Source of the DNA: Verrucomicrobiota bacterium
GTDB taxonomy: Bacteria > Verrucomicrobiota > Verrucomicrobiia > Opitutales > Cerasicoccaceae
Assembly: GCA_039818205.1 (NCBI GenBank)
Contig: JBCBUK010000002.1
Location: 480,001 to 544,000 of the forward strand
Direction of reading: 5' to 3'
Length of the DNA: 64,000 nucleotides
Part shown: positions 8,555 to 19,900 of the stretch, in pieces
Position numbering within the stretch: position 1 is the first letter of the stretch
How the letters are laid out: each line of letters opens with the position of its first letter
The notes under the pieces: generated by a model
The model's input: the letters and a program-made list of their open reading frames with translations, nothing else
What the model was told of the DNA's origin: nothing
Database searches by the model: none
Program-made: the position numbers and the translations under genes

Positions 8555-10831
8555 CTAAGCCTTCAGTTTTAAGCGGCGGAGGCGCAGCGCGTTGGTAATG
8601 ACCGAGACGGAGCTCAGGCTCATTGCGACTGCGGCGATCATCGGGTTGAGCAGGATCCCGAGGAACGGATAAAGAATGCCGGCGGCGAGTGGAACGCCGG
8701 CTCCGTTGTAGATAAAAGCGAAAAACAGGTTTTGGCGGATGTTTTTCATGACTCCCTGGCTAAGGCGGACCGCTTTGACGATGCCTGTGAGGTCACCTTT
8801 CACCAAGGTGATTCCAGCACTTTCCATGGCGACGTCGGTTCCTGTTCCCATCGCGATGCCAACATCGGCAGCCGCGAGCGCTGGAGCGTCATTGAGACCA
8901 TCTCCGGCCATGGCAACCGTGATGCCCTGTTGCTGAAACTCGCGAACGCCGTCGTGTTTATCGGCAGGTTTGACGCCGGCGCGGAATTCATCAATCCCGA
9001 GCTGCTGGGCAACGGCTTGCGCGGTCATTTCGTTGTCGCCTGTCATCATGACGATCTTCAACCCGAGCGCGTGTAGATCCTGGATGGCTTGCGGTGTGGT
9101 GGATTTGATGGGATCGGCGATGGCGATATGGCCAATCAGGGTGTCGTCGCGAGAAACCCAGATGACCGTTTTTGCCTGTTTCGCGAGAACCTGTGCGGTG
9201 GTGGCGAGCTCGCTATCGGCGCTAGGCAATTGTTGGGTGACGTATTCCAGACGACCGATTTTAACCATTTGCCCGTCCACCGTTCCCAGCGCGCCATTGC
9301 CGGTTTTCGAGTCGAAATCTGGGGCAGCCTGAAATTGGATGTTCTTTTCCTGAGCGCTTCGGACCACGGCCAGTGCTAATGGATGCTCACTCGCCAGCTC
9401 AATGCTCGCTGCTAGCCGCAGGAGCTCAGCGTCGTCGATAGAGTCAACGGGGCTGATGTCTGTTACTTGGGGTTGGCCTTCTGTGAGGGTGCCAGTCTTG
9501 TCGACGATGATGGTTTGCACCTTCTCCAGGTTCTCCATTGCTTCGGCGTTTTTTACGAGGACGCCTTCTTTTGCAGCCCGACCGACGCCGACCATTATTG
9601 AAATCGGTGTGGCGAGACCGAGTGCACAGGGGCAGGCGATGATCAAAACCGCGACCGCGTTTACCAATGCGAAGGACAAACGGGGTGGTGGACCAAGTAT
9701 TGCCCAAAGTATAAACGCCAATACTGCGATCGCGATCACGGCGGGAACGAAGTAGCCCGCAACTTTGTCCGCAGTCGCTTGAATGGGCGCGCGGCTTCGC
9801 TGTGCGGATGCCACGAGGTTGACGATGTTGGCGATCAAAGTATCTCCGCCGACCTTTTCTGCCACCATCGTGAAGGAGCCGCGTTGGTTGAGCGTTCCGG
9901 CAGTGACTTCATCGCCCGAGTTTTTGAGGAGCGGGTCGGGCTCCCCCGTAATCATGGATTCATCGAGGGTGCCGCTTCCGGTTTCGATGCGACCGTCAAC
10001 TGGGACTTTGCTTCCTGGTTTCACCCGCAGTTGGTCTCCAGCATGGACGGCATCAAGGCTAACCTCGGATTCGTTTCCTTGCTCATCGATTCTGATGGCA
10101 GTGTCGGGCGTCTGGCCCATGAGCAACTGGAGGGCTTCGCCTGTTTTTCCACGCGCCTGGGCTTCGAGCATCTGGCCGAGCAGCACTAGCGAGATGATGA
10201 CTGCGGCGGATTCAAAATAAATGGGGGCATGGCCGCCTTGTTTAAACTCAGCCGGGAGGAGGTGAGGCATGATGACCGCGATCGCGCTGAAAATAACTGC
10301 GGCGCCCACTCCCAATGCAATTAGGGAGAACATATTGAGGTTCCAACTCAGGAATGATTTATAGCCACGCACAAAGATGAAATCACCGGACCAAACGAGG
10401 ACGGGCAGTGTTAGAATCAGTTGGAACCAACCATTGGCGCTCGAATGAAAGAACGAGATCTGATCGAGGCCCGGAATCATGGGTAACATCGCCAGGAGGA
10501 AGACGGGGATCGAAAAAAACAGTGAGCTAATGAAGCGTTTACGCATGTCCCGATATTCGGAATCGTCGACCTCTGCGCTGGGCGCTTTGGGTTCGAGGGC
10601 CATGCCGCATATTGGACACTCGCCCGGGCCAACCTGTTCAATCTCTGGATGCATGGGGCACGTATAGATGGCGTTTGGGTCCGCAGCTGCTTTAGGTGGC
10701 GCTTTGTGCTCGTGGTGGCAGCATGACTGGTCAGTCGCGTGATCATGACCGTGGTCATCGCCGTGTTTGTGGTCAGTGTGCTCTGACATTGAATCGCCGT
10801 GTTCGCAGTGATCGTGCTTATCGTTGTTCAT
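8555..10831 (-). CDS. copA: Copper-translocating P1B-type ATPase with His-rich N-terminus and YTCPMHP metal-binding domain
   Basis: CPCALG, DKTGTLT, SEHPLA, GDGLNDAPAL, YN and MSLSS Cu(I) motifs; TCPMHPEI..CPICGM. Confidence 0.95.
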   Translation of the reverse strand: MNNDKHDHCEHGDSMSEHTDHKHGDDHGHDHATDQSCCHHEHKAPPKAAADPNAIYTCPMHPEIEQVGPGECPICGMALEPKAPSAEVDDSEYRDMRKRFISSLFFSIPVFLLAMLPMIPGLDQISFFHSSANGWFQLILTLPVLVWSGDFIFVRGYKSFLSWNLNMFSLIALGVGAAVIFSAIAVIMPHLLPAEFKQGGHAPIYFESAAVIISLVLLGQMLEAQARGKTGEALQLLMGQTPDTAIRIDEQGNESEVSLDAVHAGDQLRVKPGSKVPVDGRIETGSGTLDESMITGEPDPLLKNSGDEVTAGTLNQRGSFTMVAEKVGGDTLIANIVNLVASAQRSRAPIQATADKVAGYFVPAVIAIAVLAFILWAILGPPPRLSFALVNAVAVLIIACPCALGLATPISIMVGVGRAAKEGVLVKNAEAMENLEKVQTIIVDKTGTLTEGQPQVTDISPVDSIDDAELLRLAASIELASEHPLALAVVRSAQEKNIQFQAAPDFDSKTGNGALGTVDGQMVKIGRLEYVTQQLPSADSELATTAQVLAKQAKTVIWVSRDDTLIGHIAIADPIKSTTPQAIQDLHALGLKIVMMTGDNEMTAQAVAQQLGIDEFRAGVKPADKHDGVREFQQQGITVAMAGDGLNDAPALAAADVGIAMGTGTDVAMESAGITLVKGDLTGIVKAVRLSQGVMKNIRQNLFFAFIYNGAGVPLAAGILYPFLGILLNPMIAAVAMSLSSVSVITNALRLRRLKLKA

Positions 10832-11016
10832 GCGCGCTTTTGATCGTTTCGAGGAATAGTGGCGAACTCTTGGCGCGTTGTAAAAGGATACTTTACGTTT
10901 AAAGCCCCAAGCTATGGGTGTTGAGGTGTCAACCGTTCAGAGTGGTGTGTTCTTCCTCGTTGTTGGTACCCTTTATCATTGGCGCGCCAGACTGGAGGTG
11001 CCTTTGATGATACAAG

Positions 11017-11044
11017 AAAAGCCACCGCAGATGCGGTGGCTTTT
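11017..11044. terminator. Bidirectional intrinsic terminator after the thioredoxin-like gene
   Basis: AAAAGCCACCGCAGATGCGGTGGCTTTT, a perfect stem with A/T tracts on both sides. Confidence 0.85.
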
Positions 11045-11068
11045 AGATGGCTCGAGTTTGGGAAAAAT

Positions 11069-11482
11069 CTAGCTTTTCAAAGCCATGTTGAACGCGGCCT
11101 TAATCGCCTCCTGGCTGTCCGTCTTGGTGAGTTTCTGGAGGATCTTTCCAGTCTTTGGATCGACGATCAGCATGTAACCACTGGCCTTCTGCTGCTCGTC
11201 ATAGAGTTTGGCAACGCCCAGGCTTGCGGCGAGTAGAGCGGCTTGGTTGCGCGACTCCGTATTGCTGTGATCGAATGTTGCGAAAAGGATTGGTTGGGTG
11301 GCGAAGTCTTCTTTGACCGCCTGGATATTGGGGTCGAGAATTTTGCAGGATCCGCACGCGTCGGAGTAGAACAATAGGCCGATTGCCTTGGGTTCGGCTG
11401 AGTCGAGGGCGTGGGCTTGCGTAAAGCCAGCGAGGCCGAGCAGGGTGATTGCCGTAATCAGTGATTTGAGAATCGTCTTCAT
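11069..11482 (-). CDS. Exported thioredoxin-like protein (CGSC)
   Basis: Signal peptide ending AHA; FYSDACGSCKILDP CxxC motif. Confidence 0.85.
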   Translation of the reverse strand: MKTILKSLITAITLLGLAGFTQAHALDSAEPKAIGLLFYSDACGSCKILDPNIQAVKEDFATQPILFATFDHSNTESRNQAALLAASLGVAKLYDEQQKASGYMLIVDPKTGKILQKLTKTDSQEAIKAAFNMALKS

Positions 11483-11554
11483 CGTGTTGTGGGTTCGTGG
11501 TTTGATTTAAGGGGCCCCATTCAAAGCACTAGGAGTCGGGGCCCTTAATGAAGA

Positions 11555-11580
11555 GACGGTTGGGCTCAGCGTTTGATTGC
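11555..11580 (-). promoter_or_regulatory. Putative ECF-sigma promoter GCAATCAAAC-N12-CGTC (copy 1, upstream of the thioredoxin-like gene)
   Basis: Same -35/-10 elements and spacing as the copy upstream of the ECF sigma gene. Confidence 0.75.
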
Positions 11581-11611
11581 AGCCAGAATCGCGATTTTGC
11601 GTACGAGCGTT

Positions 11612-12169
11612 TTAGCGGGCTAGGGCGAAGAGGCGGTGGGTGTCACGCCAGATCTGGACAACGCCACCGTCCTGTTCATAAACCCCTGGATCGATCGCGA
11701 GTAGCGGCTCGGTCAAGGGTGCTATATAGAGAGTGCAGGGTTTGCCGGCGGGGTCTAGTAGGCTAATCTGTGCTGCGATTTCTTTCTGCAAGGAACAATA
11801 GCGGCCGCCCTGGACGCTGAGACCCGAAAGTAGCTCGGGTTTCGTGGGGGAAATAGGGAAACCTAGCTTGGGCAGTGCTGATTGGATTTCCGCAAAATCC
11901 GAGGTCGAAACTTCCGGGGCCAGCTGCTTTGCGTGATTCTTTAAGACTTCGGCGGTCACAATGCTTTCAAGTGATGGCCGTGCGCTTTGGTAGATTAAGC
12001 CCCCAACAAGAAGGAGCAGCGCGATTGTTGCGGCAACGGCGATGAATTGCGGCTGGCGCCAAAACGGTGGATGCACGATTCGGCCCGCGGCAAGGATCTC
12101 CTCAACTATTGAATCAGGGAGGCGCTGAGATTCATAGTAATCCCGGAGTTCTTGATCGGTGTCATTCAT
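11612..12169 (-). CDS. Transmembrane anti-sigma factor (DUF3379-like)
   Basis: Overlaps the ECF sigma stop; short cytoplasmic N-terminus, one TM, periplasmic domain with GGRYCSL and CTLY. Confidence 0.75.
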   Translation of the reverse strand: MNDTDQELRDYYESQRLPDSIVEEILAAGRIVHPPFWRQPQFIAVAATIALLLLVGGLIYQSARPSLESIVTAEVLKNHAKQLAPEVSTSDFAEIQSALPKLGFPISPTKPELLSGLSVQGGRYCSLQKEIAAQISLLDPAGKPCTLYIAPLTEPLLAIDPGVYEQDGGVVQIWRDTHRLFALAR

Positions 12170-12668
12170 GGCTTTTGTCCTCGGGCAAAGGATTGTCGCG
12201 TTCCCCTGAGATGAGGCGGCGAAGCTTCTGGCGTGCGCGATGCATTAGGCTCAAGACGGTGTTGCGGGAGGTCCCGGATATTTGCGCAATTTCCTGAGCG
12301 GTGTGCCCTTCAACGGCATTTAGGTAGAGGGCTTCACGCTCCTCTACGCGGAGGTGAGCGAGCAGTAAATCAAGGTCCATTCCCGGTGCGATCGAACTGT
12401 CTGGACTCTGATTGAAGTCGATTTCGTCATCGATCGCTTCGAAAGTGATTATTTTGCCGCGACGGCACTGGTCATAAAATAGATTCCGAATGGTGGTGTA
12501 GAGGATGGTGCGGTTTTTGACTTTTCCGTATTTATGGTGGCATTTCATCCAGGCCTGTTGAACCAAGTCTTCGGCGTCGTAGTGGTGATGCGTTAGGGAA
12601 AGGGCATAGCGATAGGCCCGCTGGATAACCTCGCGCGGGTCTTGGTCACTATTTGTTGGATGAGTCAT
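12162..12668 (-). CDS. ECF RNA polymerase sigma factor
   Basis: DAEDLVQQAW, RNLFYD; region 4 EREALYL..EIAQISG..TVLSLMHRARQKL. Confidence 0.92.
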   Translation of the reverse strand: MTHPTNSDQDPREVIQRAYRYALSLTHHHYDAEDLVQQAWMKCHHKYGKVKNRTILYTTIRNLFYDQCRRGKIITFEAIDDEIDFNQSPDSSIAPGMDLDLLLAHLRVEEREALYLNAVEGHTAQEIAQISGTSRNTVLSLMHRARQKLRRLISGERDNPLPEDKSHE

Positions 12669-12726
12669 TTCCGGTCGATTTGATTATGCCCTAGTGCCAT
12701 GCGATTCCAATGTGCCGTGCCTATAT

Positions 12727-12752
12727 GACGATTGAGCGATGAGTTTGATTGC
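12727..12752 (-). promoter_or_regulatory. Putative autoregulatory ECF promoter GCAATCAAAC-N12-CGTC (copy 2)
   Basis: Plus strand GACG-attgagcgatga-GTTTGATTGC, ~60 bp upstream of the sigma ATG. Confidence 0.75.
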
Positions 12753-12865
12753 GGTATCACACAATTTTTTTCCGGTAAGACGCGGGATTGAACATCTCAA
12801 CTTAAACCCTAAGGTCGGATTGGTAGCGTCGGGAAGGCCGTTCCCACCAATCGAACTATTTGCGC

Positions 12866-13924
12866 ATGGAAACCCTAGAAATTATTTACGAAGCAGTCGA
12901 CCAATTCCTACCCTTTGTGATTGGCGTAGTGGTGGTTGGCATTTCCTTGTGGGTGGCCCATCACATGTTGATTGGGCGACACACGAGTCTCGGCAATGAG
13001 AAGAAGTTTGCCCGCCAGTTGGTCATGCTGGGGCTCACGTTGTTAGGCCTGATCGTGATTATCCAATCGCTCCCGCTTAGCGATCCTTCTCGCAATAAGC
13101 TGGTCGGGTTGGTGGGTATTTTGTTGTCCGGTATCATTGCGTTCTCGTCGACGAGCATTTTTGCCAATTTGGCGGCCGGGCTTTTACTGCGCATCACCAA
13201 GCCATTTCGGACGGGAGACTTCATCCAAGTTGGGGATCACTTTGGGCGAGTATCGGAGCGTGGACTATTTGACACAGAAATCCAGTCTGAGACCCGTGAG
13301 TTGATTGCACTACCCAACATGTATTGCATCAACAACCCGGTGACGACCGTTCGTAGTTCTGGGACGATTGTCTCGGCCTCACTCTCCCTTGGCTACGATA
13401 TTGATCATGCGCGCGTGGAGTCTTTGTTGTTGGTCGCCGCAAAAAAAGCGGAACTAGAGGAACCCTTCGTTCACATTCTTGAGCTTGGAGACTTCTCGGT
13501 GACCTATCGAGTTTCTGGATTTCTGACAGAGACTCGAATCATGATTTCGGCCCGCTCCAAGCTGCGCGGTTACGTCTTGGATGTTTTACATGGTGAGGGG
13601 ATCGAAATCATGTCGCCCAACTACATGAACCAGCGACAGTTGGGCGATGGGCCGAAGGCGATACCGGAATCCGTTCCTCTGTTTCGGCCAAAGAAGCCTG
13701 TGGGTTCGGCTGAGACTTTGGCGTTTGATAAGGCAGAGCGTGCCGAGGAGCTTGAGAAGGTGGAGCGTCGGTTGCTTGGCGAGATCGATAGTTTCAAGTC
13801 CTTGATTAAGGAAGCGACTGACGAGGAAGAAAAGAAGCGTATCGAGGCAAAGATGGACCAAACGAAACAGCTGCTCAGCTCGCTCGACGAGATTCGATCC
13901 CAGGAGAAAAAGGCGGAGGATTAG
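12866..13924 (+). CDS. MscS family mechanosensitive channel with C-terminal coiled coil
   Basis: ANLAAGLLLRITKPFRTGDFIQVG..GRVSERGLFDTEI; three N-terminal TMs. Confidence 0.9.
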   Translation: METLEIIYEAVDQFLPFVIGVVVVGISLWVAHHMLIGRHTSLGNEKKFARQLVMLGLTLLGLIVIIQSLPLSDPSRNKLVGLVGILLSGIIAFSSTSIFANLAAGLLLRITKPFRTGDFIQVGDHFGRVSERGLFDTEIQSETRELIALPNMYCINNPVTTVRSSGTIVSASLSLGYDIDHARVESLLLVAAKKAELEEPFVHILELGDFSVTYRVSGFLTETRIMISARSKLRGYVLDVLHGEGIEIMSPNYMNQRQLGDGPKAIPESVPLFRPKKPVGSAETLAFDKAERAEELEKVERRLLGEIDSFKSLIKEATDEEEKKRIEAKMDQTKQLLSSLDEIRSQEKKAED

Positions 13925-13954
13925 CCTTGGCCCAATTAAGTCGCTACTACTTGC

Positions 13955-16900
13955 CTATTCACTCGCGGCGGAGAGGCGAACGAATATCTGTGGTAGCAGC
14001 TCGCTCGAAGTGAGGGTAATGGTTGCCATGCCGTCAACGGTCGTGACTGCGCTGGTGACGGTTGCTCCGCTGAGCGGGCCATCGATGCCATCACTCATAT
14101 ACCAGTTCTGTAGATCCAGTGACCACTCGTAAGATCCCAAGACGTCAATCAGGGCCGGTTCATGGATCGGATGGGTCATCGTGGTGGTGAGTCCATTGGA
14201 CTGAAAATTGCCGACTCTCGTGTCCGCGACCTCCGGATTGGTTCCGAGTATGGCTTCGATCCCGTTGGCCAATCCATCGTTGTCAAAGTCGTCATCGAAT
14301 CCCTTGAGCTCGTAGACCAGGTAGCGGTTGATCCAAGCCTCGAAGGTGTACTCGCTGATGGCAACCGAGTGGCCGGCATCTTCATTGTAGAGCCAGGCAA
14401 TTTCGTCGTCGGTTAATATCCGACTCCAGATTGCCAGATCATCGAGGTGGGCGGACAGATAATTTTGGCCATTGGGATTTCCACTGCCGAACGATTGCGA
14501 GTAGTAACCCATCATGAGCAGACGATCGGAGGCGATGAGATCGGACGGTGGAACCGCCACGGCATTGTAGTCTTCTGCGACGATTTCATTGTTTACATAG
14601 AAGCGTCGTAGGCCGGATTGGCTATCCCAGGTTAGCACGACGTGAACCCAATCATGTGTCCAGTCAGGAGGGTTCCATCCCCGAGCGCGTAGGGTTGTTG
14701 TGCCTGGGCATTCAAAGTCGATGTGCCAACCGCTTTCTTCGAGTTCCAGGCGGTAGCTCAAACCGGTGGTTTCTCCGCGTTGCGAGAGAATGGTGGCATG
14801 CCGTTGTGGGCTTTTCGGGAAGATCCAAAACGAGATCGAAAATGCGGTTGGTAGGTCTGGCCCTCCGGAGTCGATGCGGAATCCATTGCCCACGCCATAT
14901 TCCGCTTCGGGGTAGAATTCGACACCGCCTTCGAGGACACCATCAATCAATTCGGGATAGGTGTCGGCATCATCGATGTGCATATCTCCATGGTGGCCCC
15001 AGCCAGAGTGGTCCTCCAAGGTCATACCGGACATCTCGTCAAACTTCCAGTAGGCGATTAGACCGTTGCCCAAGGGGGAGCTAATCCCACCGTCAATTGT
15101 GACCGACTCTGCAACGGAGGCCGTGGTCTCGTTTTGGGCGGCGCTCTTATCGCGGGCTCTAACGGTGTAGGTGTAGGTTTGGCCGCGGGAGAGGTTGGTG
15201 TCGACATAGGTTGCACTGTCCTGCCAGCCGCTATCATGTCCAGTGCCGGCGACACATTCGAAGTAGTATTCGACGCCGCTGATTTCAAAACCGCTTTGCG
15301 CAGTCATGGTGACCGACCCGGGTCCGAGCTCACGTGGCGGTTCATACCAGCGCGATGCGTTCGGCAATGGGGGTTGGGTGTCCGGATAGATGGTGACACT
15401 TATCGTGCCGCTGGCGCCATCGACCAAGCCATCGTTGGGCACAAATGAAAAGCTGTCCGACCCGACTTGTCCGGGCGTGGATTGATACACTATGTCAGGA
15501 GGTGTACCCGTGACCGTTCCTTTAGTTGGATCGGTGGCGATCGAAAACGTTAAGGGGTCGCCGTCGCCATCGCGACCGGTCAGCGTAAGCGCTACTGACT
15601 GCCCCTCGTTGACGAAGACCATCTGATCATTCGCGATTGGCGCATTGTTTGAAGCAACATCTTGATCGGCGAGAATTCCGATCGAGGCAATGTTGCTATC
15701 GCCAGTGCCATCATTGGCCCAGAAGGTGAAGCTATCTGGGCCCGAGTAGTCCATGTTGGGTGTATAGGTCAGGTTGGGAGCAACGCCACTCAGGCTTCCG
15801 TGGCTTGGGTTTGTATAGTTGTAGCTCAGGGGGTCATCATCGGGGTCGATCGCAGCGAGGGTGATTTCCACGCCCCCGGGGTTTGCGATCAGGGATTGAG
15901 AATAAGCGGTCGGTCGCACGTTAGCTCGCCCACCCGATGTTGCTGCCCGGATTACGATATCGTCTAGGTATACGTGGTGCCGGCTGGTGCCGATCGGGCC
16001 CGATCGAAATGCGATCTTCATGTTTGGGGAGAAATTATAGTCCCGTGCTTCGATGTAGATCGTTTTGTGGAGTGAAGCGCCGTTATCCTTGTAGGTAAAC
16101 TCGCTAAGGGTTTTCGTCGCGTGGATATTGTCGAACCGCGCAATGGTGTGCCAGGTCGTTCCATCGAAGAAGTCGACGTCGAATCCCGACCCGCTTGAGG
16201 TTGCGGTGGTTGCTAGTTGAAAATCGATCCGGATGACGTCGTAGCCAGGGGTTGAGATATCGATTGGGTTGACCAGTTCAACCGAGTGCTGATTGCCTGG
16301 TTTCATCGAAAGAACATATTCGCCCGAGGAGGCTTTTTCGAAGTTGGACGCCACGTTGGCGCCGTCGTCGCTGGCGTAGCTTCCCCAGGCCGGGCCTTCG
16401 AAGTCGTCTGAAACAAGAGTCACCCAGTTCAGGTCTTGAACCACGTTAATGTAAACCGTTTGAGCTTCTCCCAAGTAGCTACCGTGGTAGGCCCGGAACG
16501 TGAAGCTGTCGGGGCCGTTGTAACCTGGGGTCGGTTCATATCGGAGGTCGGGTGCATTGCCGGTCAGGGTACCATTCGCTGGTTGGGTGAGAACCTCGTA
16601 GCTGAGTTCCTGTCCATTCGCGTCCACGGCTTCGAGGGTAATCCAATTTTGGATGCCCTCAGCCGCGATGAATGATTGGCCCATGGCTTCAGGGGTCCAT
16701 TCATGAACCACCGAAACTTTGATGGCTCCCGTTGTACTTTCTGCCTGGGCATCGTTCACCACATACTCGATCGTTTCGATACCAACGAAGCCAGCATCCG
16801 GTTGGTATCGAGGGTTTGAAAGGTATCCGCCATTGAAGTAGGGAAACGATAGACTGCCGTTGGCTGGGGTTGACGTGATCGTGTAGTAATAGGCATCAAG

Positions 16901-19900
16901 GTTTGCATCACTGCCTTTGGGCTCGAGCAGAACCGTGCTGCTACTGGTGATATAACTGGCCCCGAGTGCAACCGGGGCGATGTTTGTTCCTGCTTGCGAG
17001 CCATCATGTCGTAACACGCTGCCATCTCCTGGATCGGCAAGCGCCACCCAATTCGTTCCACCGGTGGGATCGTAACCGATGCCGGGAGCTTCTTCGGTGC
17101 CACGATGATTCAGCGCCCGGATCTCAATTTCATGCCAACCAGGTGCCAGGGCGAGGTCCCCGGTCGAGGTCCGGACATCCCATTGGGTGTCGGAATGCAC
17201 AAGCACACCATCAATGTAGAAGTAGGCCTCGCTGTGGATGTACTCAGTTAATGAAATGTGGCCATCGGCATCGTAAATAAATCCGGAGAAGACAACGATG
17301 TGATCCGTGTAACCAGTATCGGCTTCGCTGAGATCGAGCGATACCTGGGTATTTGGATTTGGTCCCTGATTATATCGTTGCTGGCGGGCAAAATACAGTC
17401 CGGGAGGGTTACCCGTGTCGGAAAGGATCGTTATCTCGACCGTCGCGGGAGTCGCATCCTCGATACCGTCATTGGTTGTGAAGGTGAATGAATCCGATCC
17501 GTTGTAACCCGGGCTGGCGGTGTAGGTTACGTTTGGTGGGACTCCGTCCAGCATTCCGTGGGTGGGGGGATCCACGATCGCATAGGTGATTGCCTGGCCG
17601 TTGGCGTCGCTTCCAGTGAGCGTAAGTTCCGCAGATCCACCTTCCATAACTATGATTCGCTGGGCATCGGCGATCGGTGGGGTGTTCAGTATGTCGCTTA
17701 CATTGACCGCCATTGTATCGGTGGATTGGAGACCGTAGTTATCAGTCACCCGAAGTTGAAGGGTTTGGATGCCCAGTGGCAGGTCATAGATTGGGACTTC
17801 TTCGCCGCGGGCAATGAGTTCGCCATCGAGCTCCCAAACCCAGCTGACGATTTGGCCATCAGAGTCGGTCGACTGACCTCCATCCAGGACGACGACTGGT
17901 GGCATCGTTTGATTGGGGCCTGCCTCGGCCACTGGAGGATTCCAGGGGTAGGGGACGAAGCCGTGGCTGGACTCAAACGTATCGATTAATGCGTTGATAC
18001 TTGTGTGGGTATCTTCCAGGTCTTCATTGCCGTCAACGTAGACGGCGTACTCTGCTTTATCCTCAATTTCTTTAAAGCTGTGGATGATCCAAGCGCCACT
18101 AATTCCCATTGCATCTGCATAGTCACTAAAGGAGTTAAATGAACCCGACCAACCCCAGGCTGCGTTCCACTGATGGAGCCAAAAGGAGGCTTCGTCGATG
18201 AGTAGTTCCATGAGCATCTCGTCGTTGAAGGCGTCGAGAATCCCTAAGGTTTGCGCTCCTGTATAGAGGTGGCGCGTTTCCGAGTAACCGTCGATATATG
18301 GGTCGCTCAAAAAATTGCGTCCGATCGTTTGGATGAGTTGTTCGCGCTCGGCAATTGTTAGCTGCCCATTGGCCACAAGTGATTCAACGAGCTCGACACA
18401 TTGGTTATAGATGATCTTTCGAGAGTTGAAGAATGGCTCACGACCGAACATTGCGGAGAGCACGGTGACATCGCCTGCTTGAGCTTCTTCGCCAAGCGCG
18501 CCAATGGCTTTGGCGACTTCTTCTCGCATCCAGTTATCGGAGTGTTCGGCCAGGGAATAGAGGCGTGATCGATGGGGGACAATAGAAGCGGGGTCACTGG
18601 CCGCAAGCAGACCGAGGACGCCATGGAGTTCCCACAATGCCGCGTCTGGATCGTTTAGAACTGACTCGACCAAGGGTAGGGCTTGGGCACCGACTACCGA
18701 GGAGTCTATGCCGCTGCTACTGATGCCATACATTGCCTCACGGCGGACACGAAAGTCGCTGTGTTGTAGGGCCGCGAGCAACGGAGTGAGAGCGGTCGAG
18801 TCGCCGTCGTTGTATTTGTCCGCGAGCCGCCGTGCTCCGACGTTGCGATAGATTTGCGTCGCGTGGTATAGGTAGCGCTCAAAATAACTGACGCTGAAGG
18901 CGTCCGCGTTTTTCTGATTGATCCGTAGGTCTTCGATTGAAAGGTCGTCGACACCATACTCCGCTAGGTGATCGATGCCAAAGATTGAATCATCGGCGGC
19001 ATTTCCCCATCCGAGAGTCGGCACCGGTGTGGTAACGCTGTATGGCGTTGGAGTACCACCGCACAGACGTAAAGCTTTTCGGGGAGCAGTGTAGATGAGC
19101 CCCGCAACTGCACCCCAATCCCGGGATTGATACTGATCGGAGCCAGCGCTAGGGATTTTCTTGAAGCCGCCCAACGGATGCCGACAAAGGTCAAAATACC
19201 ATTTGAGAGCGTCGTTGTGTTGGCGGTTCAAGCTGTCTTTTGTCGCAGGTAAGAGCGAGATGGCCAATGCCTCCCAGCCAAGGCGTAGTCCGTTGCCGGT
19301 ATGTCCACTTTCCCACGCCGGGTAGGCGTGTAGAACCTGCATCGCCATCGTTTCTGCCGCAGCCGAAAACCGGGCATCTGATTCGCCAAGGACGTTGAGA
19401 AAGCACGCCATCGTGGCATTCTTAGAGTTGCCATTCAGAATGGTGATATCCGGTTGGTAGATGCCATAGGATAGGCCCCCGCGTCCCGCGAAACGCCAGA
19501 AGTATGTTAGGCACTTTTCGAACTCGGCCTGGTCCAGTGTAACTCCACATTCCTGCCCAAGCACGAGCGCCGCGAGCGCTGGCGCTCCCGCGGCATTTAG
19601 GATTCCGCCGTCAGCATAGCCAATACTGGGATAACCACCATTGGCCGCCCAGGCACCTCCGATGTTTTGTTCAAGTAGCTTATCGCAGATGCCCTGTAAG
19701 CTAGGTAGCACTGTCGTGTCCCCCGTTCGCAAGTAGTATTCGCCGAGGACAATTCCGCTGTAGCCGAGCGACCAGTTGCTGGAGGGACCATCACTTCCGG
19801 AGCCGATTGATTGGGCGTAGGTCGCGACTTCGTCGAGGTAGGCATCGTCTCCGGTGGAGAGAAGAAAGAGGGCTTGAAAAGCTTTATTAACCGGATTGGA

